From assembly GCA_963677435.1 (NCBI GenBank), contig OY781945.1, positions 448,001 to 512,000 on the forward strand: a DNA stretch of 64,000 nucleotides, written 5' to 3'. The notes under the pieces were generated by a model that ran no database searches, was not told where the DNA came from, and saw only the letters and a program-made list of their open reading frames with translations. Shown in pieces: positions 1-8,937 of this stretch (position 1 is the first letter of the stretch; the number at the start of each line of letters is the position of its first letter). The translations under genes and the position numbers were made by a program. This DNA is from an uncultured Aliarcobacter sp. (GTDB lineage: Bacteria; Campylobacterota; Campylobacteria; Campylobacterales; Arcobacteraceae).

Positions 1-1392
1 AGGTGCGACATATTCACCATCTTCATTAATCATTCGAATAAGTGCTTCATATTTTACAATTTTTGAAGTTTTTGTATCTACAATTGGTTGGAATAGTGGT
101 TCAATTCTATCATTTTCGATTGCATCTTTTATTCTTTTTGACCATTTTAAATTTTGAGCATATTCATGTTCAATATTCATAGATGAATTATAAATTAGAT
201 ATTTCTTTCTTGTTTTTTTAGCTAATTTTAAAGCCATATCTGCATTATGTAATAAAAATGAAGTTCCATAAGCAACACCAATCGTTGCATTTACATAAAT
301 TTCATTTTCATTTATGATAAAAGTATGGTTTTCTATACAATTAGCAAGATGTAAAGCAAGAACTTTAATCTCTTCATAAACTACTTCACTTGGTTGATAA
401 ATTGCATATTCATCTGCATGAAGTTTAAATAAAATAGCCTCTTTTGAAACATTTTCTTTTATAATATTGGCTGTGTTTTTTATAATATCATTTCCAATTT
501 TATCTCCATATAAATCATTTATATGTTGAAATTTATCAATATTCACAATCATTAAAATCGAATCTTTTTCAAATGAAAGAGTCTCTATTAATTTCTTTCT
601 ATTTGGAAGTGTAGTTAATTCATCATGATAAAATTGATATTCTAATGAATCTAACATATCATTAAATACATTTTGCATTGAGTCAATTTCCGTAATGTTG
701 TTATTTGTTCCAACTCTTTTAGTAATATCTTTATTATTTGAGATATAGTTAATATTACTTATAAAATTTTTAATTGGTTTTACTAGATGTCTATCAAACT
801 CAATGAATAAAGCTATAAAAATTACAATTGAGAATAAAATTATAAATAAGATAAAAAAATTAATAATTGATGAAAGGGAAATTTTTAGGTCATCAATTGG
901 ATAAACTATATTTATAACTCCTAAAACTTTTCCTTCTTGTGTTTGTGTATGACATTTTAAACACTCTTGTTTTGCAATAATTGGATAATAATACTCAATT
1001 GTTGATTCATCTATAATATTTAATACTTCATTTTTATCAAGGGCAGACTTTACAGAAGAATCAGTTATTCTTGCATTTGCATCTTTTAAAATATCTCCAA
1101 ATTGTTTAACAACTTCTTCACTTCTATATACATTTACTGCCATATTTTCATCAACAGAATTTACCCTTGCAATAATGCTATTTAAATCATCTTTAGTCCA
1201 ACCTCTCTCCATTGCTGAGTATAAAGTTTGAAAGATTAGTTCAGTTGTTTTTTTTGCATCTACTTTTGATAATTTCTCAATAGCTTCTTTTTTCATGTAA
1301 TGAGTATATGCAGAAGCAATAGTCAAAGAAAAAGTAAGGGTGATAAGAATTATTTTTAGTATAAGTTTATTATAGGTTATTTTCTTCTTCAT
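1..1392 (-). CDS. Membrane-bound c-di-GMP phosphodiesterase-type protein (TM, periplasmic CxxCH haem-c sensor, TM, HAMP, degenerate GGDEF, EAL); 3' end lies outside the window
   Basis: Not in the ORF track. Hand translation from ATG at 1392 (MKKKITYNKLILKIILITLTF...) gives CLKCH at 949-963, YHDELTTLPNR (GGDEF-domain start), KLHADEY at the GGDEF position (HADEY 406-420) and YEALIR (EAL 40-48), all in one frame. Confidence 0.88.
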   Translation of the reverse strand, partial: MKKKITYNKLILKIILITLTFSLTIASAYTHYMKKEAIEKLSKVDAKKTTELIFQTLYSAMERGWTKDDLNSIIARVNSVDENMAVNVYRSEEVVKQFGDILKDANARITDSSVKSALDKNEVLNIIDESTIEYYYPIIAKQECLKCHTQTQEGKVLGVINIVYPIDDLKISLSSIINFFILFIILFSIVIFIALFIEFDRHLVKPIKNFISNINYISNNKDITKRVGTNNNITEIDSMQNVFNDMLDSLEYQFYHDELTTLPNRKKLIETLSFEKDSILMIVNIDKFQHINDLYGDKIGNDIIKNTANIIKENVSKEAILFKLHADEYAIYQPSEVVYEEIKVLALHLANCIENHTFIINENEIYVNATIGVAYGTSFLLHNADMALKLAKKTRKKYLIYNSSMNIEHEYAQNLKWSKRIKDAIENDRIEPLFQPIVDTKTSKIVKYEALIRMINEDGEYVAP

Positions 1393-1410
1393 TATCACTC
1401 ATTCTTAAAA

Positions 1411-1440
1411 TAATTAAATATTATATATAATATTTAATTA
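1411..1440. promoter_or_regulatory. Perfect 30-bp palindrome just upstream of the EAL gene, carrying TATAAT on both strands; candidate operator or promoter
   Basis: TAATTAAATATTATATATAATATTTAATTA equals its own reverse complement and lies 18 bp upstream of the ATG at 1392. Confidence 0.4.
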
Positions 1441-1451
1441 AAGTATTGTTG

Positions 1452-1488
1452 TAAACCCTTAATTATAAAATTTATAATTAAAGATTTA
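1452..1488 (-). terminator. Candidate hairpin terminator downstream of ndh
   Basis: Perfect arms TTAATTATAAA (1459-1469) and TTTATAATTAA (1471-1481); the outer mismatches become G-U pairs on the minus-strand RNA; no clear U-tract. Confidence 0.45.
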
Positions 1489-1523
1489 AAGAAAATAATT
1501 TTTTATAGAGTCAAAAAAATCAA

Positions 1524-2726
1524 TTACATTTTTTTAAGTTTGTTATAACCAACTTTAATAAGTTTTAATAATGGTTTACTGTATGAACTAAATACATATT
1601 TTTTAATAGCATATGCGATTCTTCCTTTTACAGTTACTAATCCAAATAAATCACCAGCTGCATATTTACCGCCAAGAGCAATTAATATACCATCTAATTT
1701 AGGGTTAGATTTAATCATCTTTTTACCTGAAATCATATTAGAAACATTTTTACCAGCATCCGTACCACTAATTCTAGCAACTGTAACATTAGGTGGCATT
1801 ATTTCACCTTTTGCATTTCTAATTTCAGCAATATCTCCAATAGCAAAAATATTCTCATATTTATCAGTTTGAAGATATTCATTAACAATAATTTGACCTC
1901 TACCATTTTTTGCTACATCTTCTAACTCAGCAGTAATTGTTGAAGCTTCAATTCCCCCTGTAAAAATTACAAATGAATGATTTATTTTTGTTCCATTAGA
2001 GAAGTAACAGTAACCATCTTCAACTTTTGTAAGTTTTGTACTTGTAATGATTTTAATTCCAAGAGATTTTAATCTTTCTTGAGAAATACTGATAAGTTGT
2101 TGAGAAAGACCAGGAAGAATAGTAACTGAACTACTGATAAGAGAGATTTTTAAGTTATCGCAAGAAAAATTTCCCCTTTCGAAGAACTTATTTGAATAAT
2201 AAGCCATTTCAGCTGCTATTTCAACTCCTGACAAACCAGCTCCAACAACTACAATTTTAGTATCTTCACACTGTTTTGCTTCGTCTCTGATTTTTTTGAA
2301 TAGTTGTTGCTCAAAACTTTGTTTAAAAGTAATTGCTCTATGAAGTTTTTTGATGTCATCTGCATTATTAAGACCAGGAATACTTGGTGGGAAAAAAGTT
2401 CTTGTACCAGCTGCCATAATTAAATAATCAAATTCTACTATTTCTTCTTCTTCTGTATAAATTTTATTTGCAACTTGGTCAATTTTTCTAACTTTTAAAT
2501 TTTTAAATTCTAGGTGATGGTGATTAAATCCTAAACACAATGTTGTTAAATCAATCGTTACATCTGCAAAGTTAGATTTATTTGCAATTAAATCATAAAC
2601 TTCAGGTTGTAAATTATGGTAAGTATGTTTATCAATTAATGTAATTTTTATTTTTTTATTTTTTACCAACTCTCTTAATGCATATATACCTGCATATCCA
2701 CCACCAATTATTACCACTTTTTTCAT
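1524..2726 (-). CDS. ndh: Type II NADH:quinone oxidoreductase family FAD-dependent oxidoreductase
   Basis: Two Rossmann motifs (IIGGGYAG, VVGAGLSGVEIAAE), NIFAIGD, C-terminal G-x-L-I-A-L-G segment. Confidence 0.8.
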   Translation of the reverse strand: MKKVVIIGGGYAGIYALRELVKNKKIKITLIDKHTYHNLQPEVYDLIANKSNFADVTIDLTTLCLGFNHHHLEFKNLKVRKIDQVANKIYTEEEEIVEFDYLIMAAGTRTFFPPSIPGLNNADDIKKLHRAITFKQSFEQQLFKKIRDEAKQCEDTKIVVVGAGLSGVEIAAEMAYYSNKFFERGNFSCDNLKISLISSSVTILPGLSQQLISISQERLKSLGIKIITSTKLTKVEDGYCYFSNGTKINHSFVIFTGGIEASTITAELEDVAKNGRGQIIVNEYLQTDKYENIFAIGDIAEIRNAKGEIMPPNVTVARISGTDAGKNVSNMISGKKMIKSNPKLDGILIALGGKYAAGDLFGLVTVKGRIAYAIKKYVFSSYSKPLLKLIKVGYNKLKKM

Positions 2727-3055
2727 AGGGTTTTATCCTTTTATATATATTACTATGTGCTTGAAATGTCATTTTTATTTAATAGCTAAGGGACATATGA
2801 TACTAAAAAATTATAGCCCTAATGTAGCGATTATCAAATTTTCAAAATTATTTGCTATTGTATACTTAATCAATTAATTAGAAAATAAAAATGAACAAAA
2901 GTTTTTCTTTTAATGCAATTAGTGTACCTAAATGACACTTTCTGTAGATTAATAACTAATTTAGTTAGAATTTTTCAAAATAAAATATTTATTTAATTTT
3001 GTTCTAAAGTTCTATTTTTGTAGAATAGGGCAATTTTAGAAAAATAGGAATAAAT

Positions 3056-3901
3056 ATGAAATATGTTGGAGCACATGTAAGTGCTAGTGGTGGAGTTTAT
3101 AATGCACCAATAAATGCTATGGCAATTGGAGCAAAAGCTTTTGCTTTATTTACAAAAAATCAAAGACAATGGACAGCAAAAGAATTAGATACAAAAACAA
3201 TTGATAAATGGTTTAAAGAGTTGGAAAAATCGGGAATTCAGGCAAAACATATTTTGCCACATGATAGTTATTTAATAAATTTAGGTCATCCAGAACTTGA
3301 TGCACGAGCTAAATCATTTGATGGTTTTGTACATGAAATACAAAGATGTGAAATTTTAAAACTTGATAGATTAAATTTTCACCCTGGTAGCCACTTAAGA
3401 AAAATATCTGAAGAAGAGTGTTTAAATAATATTGCAGAAAGTATGAATAGGGCAATAGATATTACAAAAGATGTAAAACTTGTAATTGAAAATACAGCAG
3501 GTCAAGGAAGTAACCTTGGATACAAATTTGAACATTTAGCATATATTATTGACAAAATTGAAGATAAAAGTAGAGTTGGTGTTTGTATTGATACTTGTCA
3601 TATGTTCACAGCTGGTTATGACATAAGAACAAGAGAAGCTTATGATAAAACTTGGAATGAGTTTGACCAAATTGTAGGTAGAGAATATCTAATGGGAATG
3701 CATATAAATGACTCAAAACCAGAACTTGGAAGTAGGGTTGATAGACATGACTCTTTAGGTGTTGGGAAAATTGGTTGGGATGCTTTTAGGTTTATAATGA
3801 ATGATGAAAGAATGGATGATATTCCTCTTGTTTTAGAAACTATAAATGAAGAGATTTGGGCTCAGGAAATTCAAGCACTTTATGATTTAGTAGAAAAATA
3901 G
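3056..3901 (+). CDS. nfo: Endonuclease IV (AP endonuclease)
   Basis: [55 protein letters not shown] motifs. Confidence 0.97.
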   Translation: MKYVGAHVSASGGVYNAPINAMAIGAKAFALFTKNQRQWTAKELDTKTIDKWFKELEKSGIQAKHILPHDSYLINLGHPELDARAKSFDGFVHEIQRCEILKLDRLNFHPGSHLRKISEEECLNNIAESMNRAIDITKDVKLVIENTAGQGSNLGYKFEHLAYIIDKIEDKSRVGVCIDTCHMFTAGYDIRTREAYDKTWNEFDQIVGREYLMGMHINDSKPELGSRVDRHDSLGVGKIGWDAFRFIMNDERMDDIPLVLETINEEIWAQEIQALYDLVEK

Positions 3902-3954
3902 TAATAGACGGAATGATATGTGTATAGAGTATAAAAAACTCTTTAAGGCAATTC

Positions 3955-4185
3955 ATGAAAAACAAAATAAAAGTTCCATTTGATCCCAATGACTTTGATA
4001 CTTCAATCACAGTTAAAGAGTTAACAAAAAAATTTCCCCATCTTTTAGGTTTAGATTATAAAAAGGTGAGTTTGGCAAATGAAATAATCCCTTTGAATTA
4101 TGAAATTTTTTCAAAGGATTATAAAGATTTCTTCTCAAGTGATATAAAAGACTATTTTGATTTTGAAGTTGATGCGGTAATATAA
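3955..4185 (+). CDS. Small hypothetical protein
   Basis: 76-aa ORF with AAGG RBS, co-oriented with nfo, ends in a hairpin. Confidence 0.65.
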   Translation: MKNKIKVPFDPNDFDTSITVKELTKKFPHLLGLDYKKVSLANEIIPLNYEIFSKDYKDFFSSDIKDYFDFEVDAVI

Positions 4186-4208
4186 AAGTAAATTTTACTT
4201 TTATATTA
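4178..4208. terminator. Bidirectional hairpin between convergent genes
   Basis: Perfect 15-bp inverted repeat TAATATAAAAGTAAA-T-TTTACTTTTATATTA overlapping both stop codons. Confidence 0.6.
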
Positions 4209-5829
4209 TGGTTTTTGAGTAATTAATCGAATCATTTATATTATTAAAACTTTTTAAATTAATATCATCAAAAGTAAATTTTGCTTTTATTAATTTTCTT
4301 AAAATTCTTTCATTTAAACCTGAAAAAATCAATTTTTTATTTCTACTTTTAAAAGTATCAACTATTGATTTAAGTGCAACCATCGCTGTCATATCAATCA
4401 TTGTTACATTTTGCATATTTAAAATTACAACATCTACATCTTCTTTTGAATTTAAAAGTGTTTTCATAGCATTTTGAGCAGCTCCAAAAAACATTGGTCC
4501 ATTTATATCATAAATTGAGATATTATCAGGAATATCAGGATGCACTGTAAGTTTTGTATTCACAAGTTCAATTGAGTATAAATCAATAGTTCTTTTTATA
4601 AATAAGATTGAAGCTAAACCAATTCCTACAGCAACTGCAATTTGCATATCTAATAAAACAGTTAAAGAAAAACAAGTTAAAAGTACATAAACATCATTTC
4701 TTGGTGCTACTTTTATGATATTTGTAAAGTGTTTAACTTCTGACATATTCCAAGCTACAACTAAAAGTAATGCTGAAAGTGAAGCCATAGGTAAATATGA
4801 TAAATATGGAGACAAAAGCATAATTGAGCATAATATAAATAAAGAGTGAACAATAGAAGCTAGTTTTGAAGTTCCACCTGCTTTTATATTTACAACGGTT
4901 CTTGCAATTGCAGCCGTTGCTGGAATTCCTCCAAAAAATGGAACAATCATATTTGCAATACCTTGACCTATTAACTCTTTATTTGGATTAGTTTTATTTC
5001 CTGTCATTCCATCACTTATTACTGCACATAAAAGGGATTCTAATGCACCTAAAATTGCAATTGCAATACTATGTGGAAGAAGTTTATAAAATAAATCTAA
5101 AGTAATATCTTCTGGTTTAAAAAAACTCCAAGGTAGTGAAAATTGTAAAGGAATTGGTGGAATTCCCCTTCCTTGTATTCCATCTATGTTATATTGAAAT
5201 GTTGAGGCAATGGTTGCTATATTTATGTGTGGGAAATAAGAATTAAAAAAAGCTACGATTATTGTTGTAAAACTTAAAGCAACAAGTGCTGAGGGAATTT
5301 TGCTTTTTGTTTTTTGCCATAAAATAAGTAAAAAAAGTGTAAATAAACCAACTGCTAATTCAGAGATTTTAAAACTAGGAAATGAAGTGAAGATTAGATA
5401 AATTTTATTTAAATAGTGACCACTAAAACTCTCAATAGTTAAACCAAAAAAATCTTTTATTTGAAAAGTTGCAATTACAACTGCAATTCCAGAAGTAAAT
5501 CCAACGGTTACTGGATAAGGAATAAGTTCAATTAAAGTTCCAAGTTTTAAAACGCCCACAAGAATTAAAATAATTCCAGACAGTAGTCCACAAATTAGTA
5601 ATCCTGAAACCCCAAATTCTTGAACAATAGGAATTAAAATAACTACAAAAGCAGCAGTTGGCCCTGAAATGTTTATTTTACTACTTCCAAAAATAGCTGC
5701 AACTATTCCTGCAACTATGGCTGTATAAAGTCCAAGTTGTGGTGGAACTCCTGTTGCAATTGCTAAAGCCATTGATAAAGGAAGGGCAATTATTCCAACT
5801 GTTAAACCAGCTAAAATATTATTTTTCAT
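4201..5829 (-). CDS. dauA: SulP/SLC26 family transporter with STAS domain, DauA-like C4-dicarboxylate transporter
   Basis: AGLTVGIIALPLSMALAI, ISGPTAAF, LGALESLLCAVI, GGIPATAAIART, STAS INGPMFFGAA. Confidence 0.8.
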   Translation of the reverse strand: MKNNILAGLTVGIIALPLSMALAIATGVPPQLGLYTAIVAGIVAAIFGSSKINISGPTAAFVVILIPIVQEFGVSGLLICGLLSGIILILVGVLKLGTLIELIPYPVTVGFTSGIAVVIATFQIKDFFGLTIESFSGHYLNKIYLIFTSFPSFKISELAVGLFTLFLLILWQKTKSKIPSALVALSFTTIIVAFFNSYFPHINIATIASTFQYNIDGIQGRGIPPIPLQFSLPWSFFKPEDITLDLFYKLLPHSIAIAILGALESLLCAVISDGMTGNKTNPNKELIGQGIANMIVPFFGGIPATAAIARTVVNIKAGGTSKLASIVHSLFILCSIMLLSPYLSYLPMASLSALLLVVAWNMSEVKHFTNIIKVAPRNDVYVLLTCFSLTVLLDMQIAVAVGIGLASILFIKRTIDLYSIELVNTKLTVHPDIPDNISIYDINGPMFFGAAQNAMKTLLNSKEDVDVVILNMQNVTMIDMTAMVALKSIVDTFKSRNKKLIFSGLNERILRKLIKAKFTFDDINLKSFNNINDSINYSKTII

Positions 5830-6449
5830 TTTTTTCTCAATTTAGATTTTCTTGATGAGTTAATTTTATATTTTGAGTTTTTGAGTTTTTTTATCATTGA
5901 AGATGAAATCTGATACATTTTTAAAATATTGTTTTTTAGGTCTACATTTTTTTCATTATTTCTAGCAAGCTCATAAAATCCTAGAAGTTTTATATAATCA
6001 AAATCATTTAAAAAAGAGTAAAAAGTTATGGATTTTTCCTCTTCAATTATCCATTCACTCAAAAGTGCTAAAATTATTTGTTCAGGAATCCAAAGTTCTC
6101 CCTCATTCAAATAAGTCTCTATTTGTTTTACAATTGTATTGTAATAAAAGATTAGAGCTTCGTCGTTTGGAAGAAGTTTATGATTTGCTTGTCGGGTTTG
6201 TTGGTAAGCCATAAAAGATTTTAGCTCATAGGCATTAATTATTGTTTTGTCTAATTCTTCATTTAATTTTATTATATTTGTTTCAATTTCATTATTGAAC
6301 TTTTCAACTCCTAAATCGATTTTATATGTTTCATTTTTTATATTTTCTAAAAGTTCTTCAATAACAGTTTTAACATAAATAAGTAAAGCATCGGTTTTTA
6401 TATCTCTTAAAAGTTTTATACAAATTTGTGGTTTATTGTTAATGCTCAT
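5826..6449 (-). CDS. Hypothetical protein, translationally coupled to dauA
   Basis: 207-aa ORF, AGGA RBS, 4-bp ATGA overlap with dauA. Confidence 0.75.
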   Translation of the reverse strand: MSINNKPQICIKLLRDIKTDALLIYVKTVIEELLENIKNETYKIDLGVEKFNNEIETNIIKLNEELDKTIINAYELKSFMAYQQTRQANHKLLPNDEALIFYYNTIVKQIETYLNEGELWIPEQIILALLSEWIIEEEKSITFYSFLNDFDYIKLLGFYELARNNEKNVDLKNNILKMYQISSSMIKKLKNSKYKINSSRKSKLRKK

Positions 6450-6586
6450 TTAAATCCTAAATATTAAGATATGGGGATTTTAAATCAATAATACTTAATA
6501 ATGAATTAAGTTCAAAATATTAATAAGTGTTCATTTGATATTTTAATATGAATTAAATTATAATTTAAAAAAAATTTTGGATAAGA

Positions 6587-7165
6587 ATGAAAAGTAAAAT
6601 AAATGATGAATTAAATAAAGTAAAAAGAGATTTGTATCTAAAAGCTTCGGCTTCTTATTTTGATAAGTGTGGATACAAAAATTTTAAAATCTCACAACTA
6701 GCTGCTGAGCTTGAAACTTCTGTGGGAACAATTTACAATCTTTTTATTTCAAAAGATAATTTATATTTAGAGTATTTGATTTTAAAACTACAAACTTTTT
6801 TAGATAAATTAAAAGATAATGAAACAGAAAATGCAAAAGAAAATCTTGAATTGTATCTCTCTTGTAAATATGAAATATTTATTCAAATAGATAACAATAG
6901 AGATGAAACTTTGATAACTGACCCATATTTCTTTCATAAGTTAGATATTTCAAATCATGCAATAGTTGATGAAATATATGAGTTTTTGCTTAGACAATTT
7001 AGAAAGTTATATCCAAATTCAAATATGGATTATAAACATACAGTAATACTTTTTAAGAAGTTATCAGATGGTTTTATAGAGAGTTATTTATTGGAAAAAT
7101 ACGATACAAAAAATATCGTAGAAGATACAATCTCACTTTTTTTTAATGGTTTAGAAAAAAAGTAA
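6587..7165 (+). CDS. TetR/AcrR family transcriptional regulator
   Basis: N-terminal HTH GYKNFKISQLAAELETSVGTIYNLFISKDNLY; divergent from the hyp-dauA pair. Confidence 0.9.
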   Translation: MKSKINDELNKVKRDLYLKASASYFDKCGYKNFKISQLAAELETSVGTIYNLFISKDNLYLEYLILKLQTFLDKLKDNETENAKENLELYLSCKYEIFIQIDNNRDETLITDPYFFHKLDISNHAIVDEIYEFLLRQFRKLYPNSNMDYKHTVILFKKLSDGFIESYLLEKYDTKNIVEDTISLFFNGLEKK

Positions 7166-7181
7166 GATTATCTTTTATATT

Positions 7182-7841
7182 TTAAAGTTTATAGATTTCG
7201 AAGTTTGTATCTCTAATATCTTTTTTAATTTCATCTTGCCACTGTTTTACTTTTTTAGAATCTTTTTCTTGAGAGAATAAACCCTCCGTGTAAATTTTTA
7301 TAAGCATTTTTTGTGCTGCAATCATATTTTTAGAAGCTGCAAACTCTAATAGTTCTATTCCTTTATCAATATTTACTTCTGTGTTTATACCTTGAAGATA
7401 AAATCTTGATAATTGATAAGCTGCAACTGGGTCTTTATCGCTTGAGTCGTTTAGAAGTTTGAATGATTTATCTATATCTTTTTCAACTCCATCACCTTTA
7501 TAATATAAAAATGCTAAAGCAAGATTTCCATAGGGATTTTTATTGTCAATTGATTGATTTAGATACTCAATAGCTTTTTTAAAATCTTTTTTCTCAACAC
7601 TATATGTTCCCATTCTAAGTTGAGCATAAGAGTTCTCATCTACTATTTTTCTATAACAGAAAAGCTTGTTATCTATATTTTCTATTTTTTGGCAAACATT
7701 AGCTTTTTCAAGAGCAAGGGCATCTTTCTCTTCATCATTTGAAAATGATAAAAATGAAGGCATTGAAAATTCAGGCATTTTTAATGAACAAGCTGAAAAT
7801 AAAAAAACTGATAAGATTGGTAAAGCGATTTTTTTTAACAT
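7182..7841 (-). CDS. Sel1-like repeat lipoprotein
   Basis: Lipobox FSAC; SLR repeats ALAFLYYKGDGVEKD and QLSRFYLQGINTEVN. Confidence 0.88.
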   Translation of the reverse strand: MLKKIALPILSVFLFSACSLKMPEFSMPSFLSFSNDEEKDALALEKANVCQKIENIDNKLFCYRKIVDENSYAQLRMGTYSVEKKDFKKAIEYLNQSIDNKNPYGNLALAFLYYKGDGVEKDIDKSFKLLNDSSDKDPVAAYQLSRFYLQGINTEVNIDKGIELLEFAASKNMIAAQKMLIKIYTEGLFSQEKDSKKVKQWQDEIKKDIRDTNFEIYKL

Positions 7842-8459
7842 TTATATTCCATATATTTTATTTGTAAAACTATCTGTTTTATCTTGATATTGTTCTGCCC
7901 AATACTCAGATTTATCAGTATCTCTTTCAACATATTCACCATTTAAATATATTTTCGAGAGTTCTTTTTGGGCACCTTTTACTCCATTTGAAGCAGCATA
8001 ATTTAAAAGTTTAAATGCAGCTTCAACTTTATTTTTGTCTATATAGAAAAAATATAATTTATACGCAGCAATAGGATCAATATCTTTTGTTTCTTCTAAA
8101 AGTTTTATTGCTAATTCATCATTAATAGCAACACCATATCCACTTTTGTAAATATCTGATAAAGGTGCATTTGCATAAAAATTACCTTTTTGTTTAGAGA
8201 TATTTAATCTTTGTATTGCTTCTTCAAAATCACCTCTTAATTGTGCATTAAGACCTAATCTTAATTGAGCATAAGAGTTTTTGTAAGAGATTAAATCATA
8301 ACAATCCATTTCGAAATGTTTATTTGTATTTCTACAATCATCAGCAATAGACAGTTCATTAGATGAAGTTTTTAAAAATTGAGTATTATTAGTACATCCA
8401 TTTAAGCCCAATAAACAAAGAGTTATTAAAGCAAAAGAAGAAGATATTATTCTATGCAT
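7842..8459 (-). CDS. Sel1-like repeat lipoprotein (paralogue of the adjacent gene)
   Basis: Lipobox LNGC; LSDIYKSGYGVAIND and LSKIYLNGEYVERD repeats. Confidence 0.88.
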   Translation of the reverse strand: MHRIISSSFALITLCLLGLNGCTNNTQFLKTSSNELSIADDCRNTNKHFEMDCYDLISYKNSYAQLRLGLNAQLRGDFEEAIQRLNISKQKGNFYANAPLSDIYKSGYGVAINDELAIKLLEETKDIDPIAAYKLYFFYIDKNKVEAAFKLLNYAASNGVKGAQKELSKIYLNGEYVERDTDKSEYWAEQYQDKTDSFTNKIYGI

Positions 8460-8495
8460 ACGATTCCTTTTTTTAGTTACTTATAAATTCCCTTA

Positions 8496-8504
8496 ATTCT
8501 AGCA
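8496..8504 (-). promoter_or_regulatory. Extended -10 (sigma70) for the Sel1 pair
   Basis: TGCTAGAAT on the minus strand about 37 bp upstream of the ATG; AAGGA RBS. Confidence 0.45.
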
Positions 8505-8568
8505 AGTTTTTTATTCATAAGTAGTTAAGACATATTGCTGTATCATATTGTCCTTAATGGGAGATTAA

Positions 8569-8922
8569 ATGATTTTTATTGGACTTTTTTTATTTATTAC
8601 AATTGTAGTGATATCTTTAAATATGTATAATCAATCAAACTTGAATTATATTAAAGATTATTTACAAAAAATTAACTGTGAAGAATATATCTATTCACAA
8701 GGTTCTTACAAGGCTTTTTGTGGTGATTCTTTTATAGAAGTAAAAAATAGTTTTAAAGTAAATATAGATGAAAATTCAACTATATTTAAATATAAAGATA
8801 TAAATAATATAAAAATTAATAATCTTAATTTAGTTATTAATGACACCCATAAAATTACTTTTAAAGAAAAAGAAAATTTGGATAAATTTTATAAAAAAAT
8901 ATCAGAAAAAATAAAAAATTAG
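8569..8922 (+). CDS. Hypothetical membrane-anchored protein
   Basis: 117 aa, N-terminal hydrophobic helix, GGAG RBS. Confidence 0.75.
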   Translation: MIFIGLFLFITIVVISLNMYNQSNLNYIKDYLQKINCEEYIYSQGSYKAFCGDSFIEVKNSFKVNIDENSTIFKYKDINNIKINNLNLVINDTHKITFKEKENLDKFYKKISEKIKN

Positions 8923-8937
8923 GATAAATAAGTAAGA

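Noticed and set aside
6495..6560. TetR operator (TGAA-N5-TTCA and repeated ATGAATTAA)
   Set aside because: Too short and AT-rich to support without conservation data
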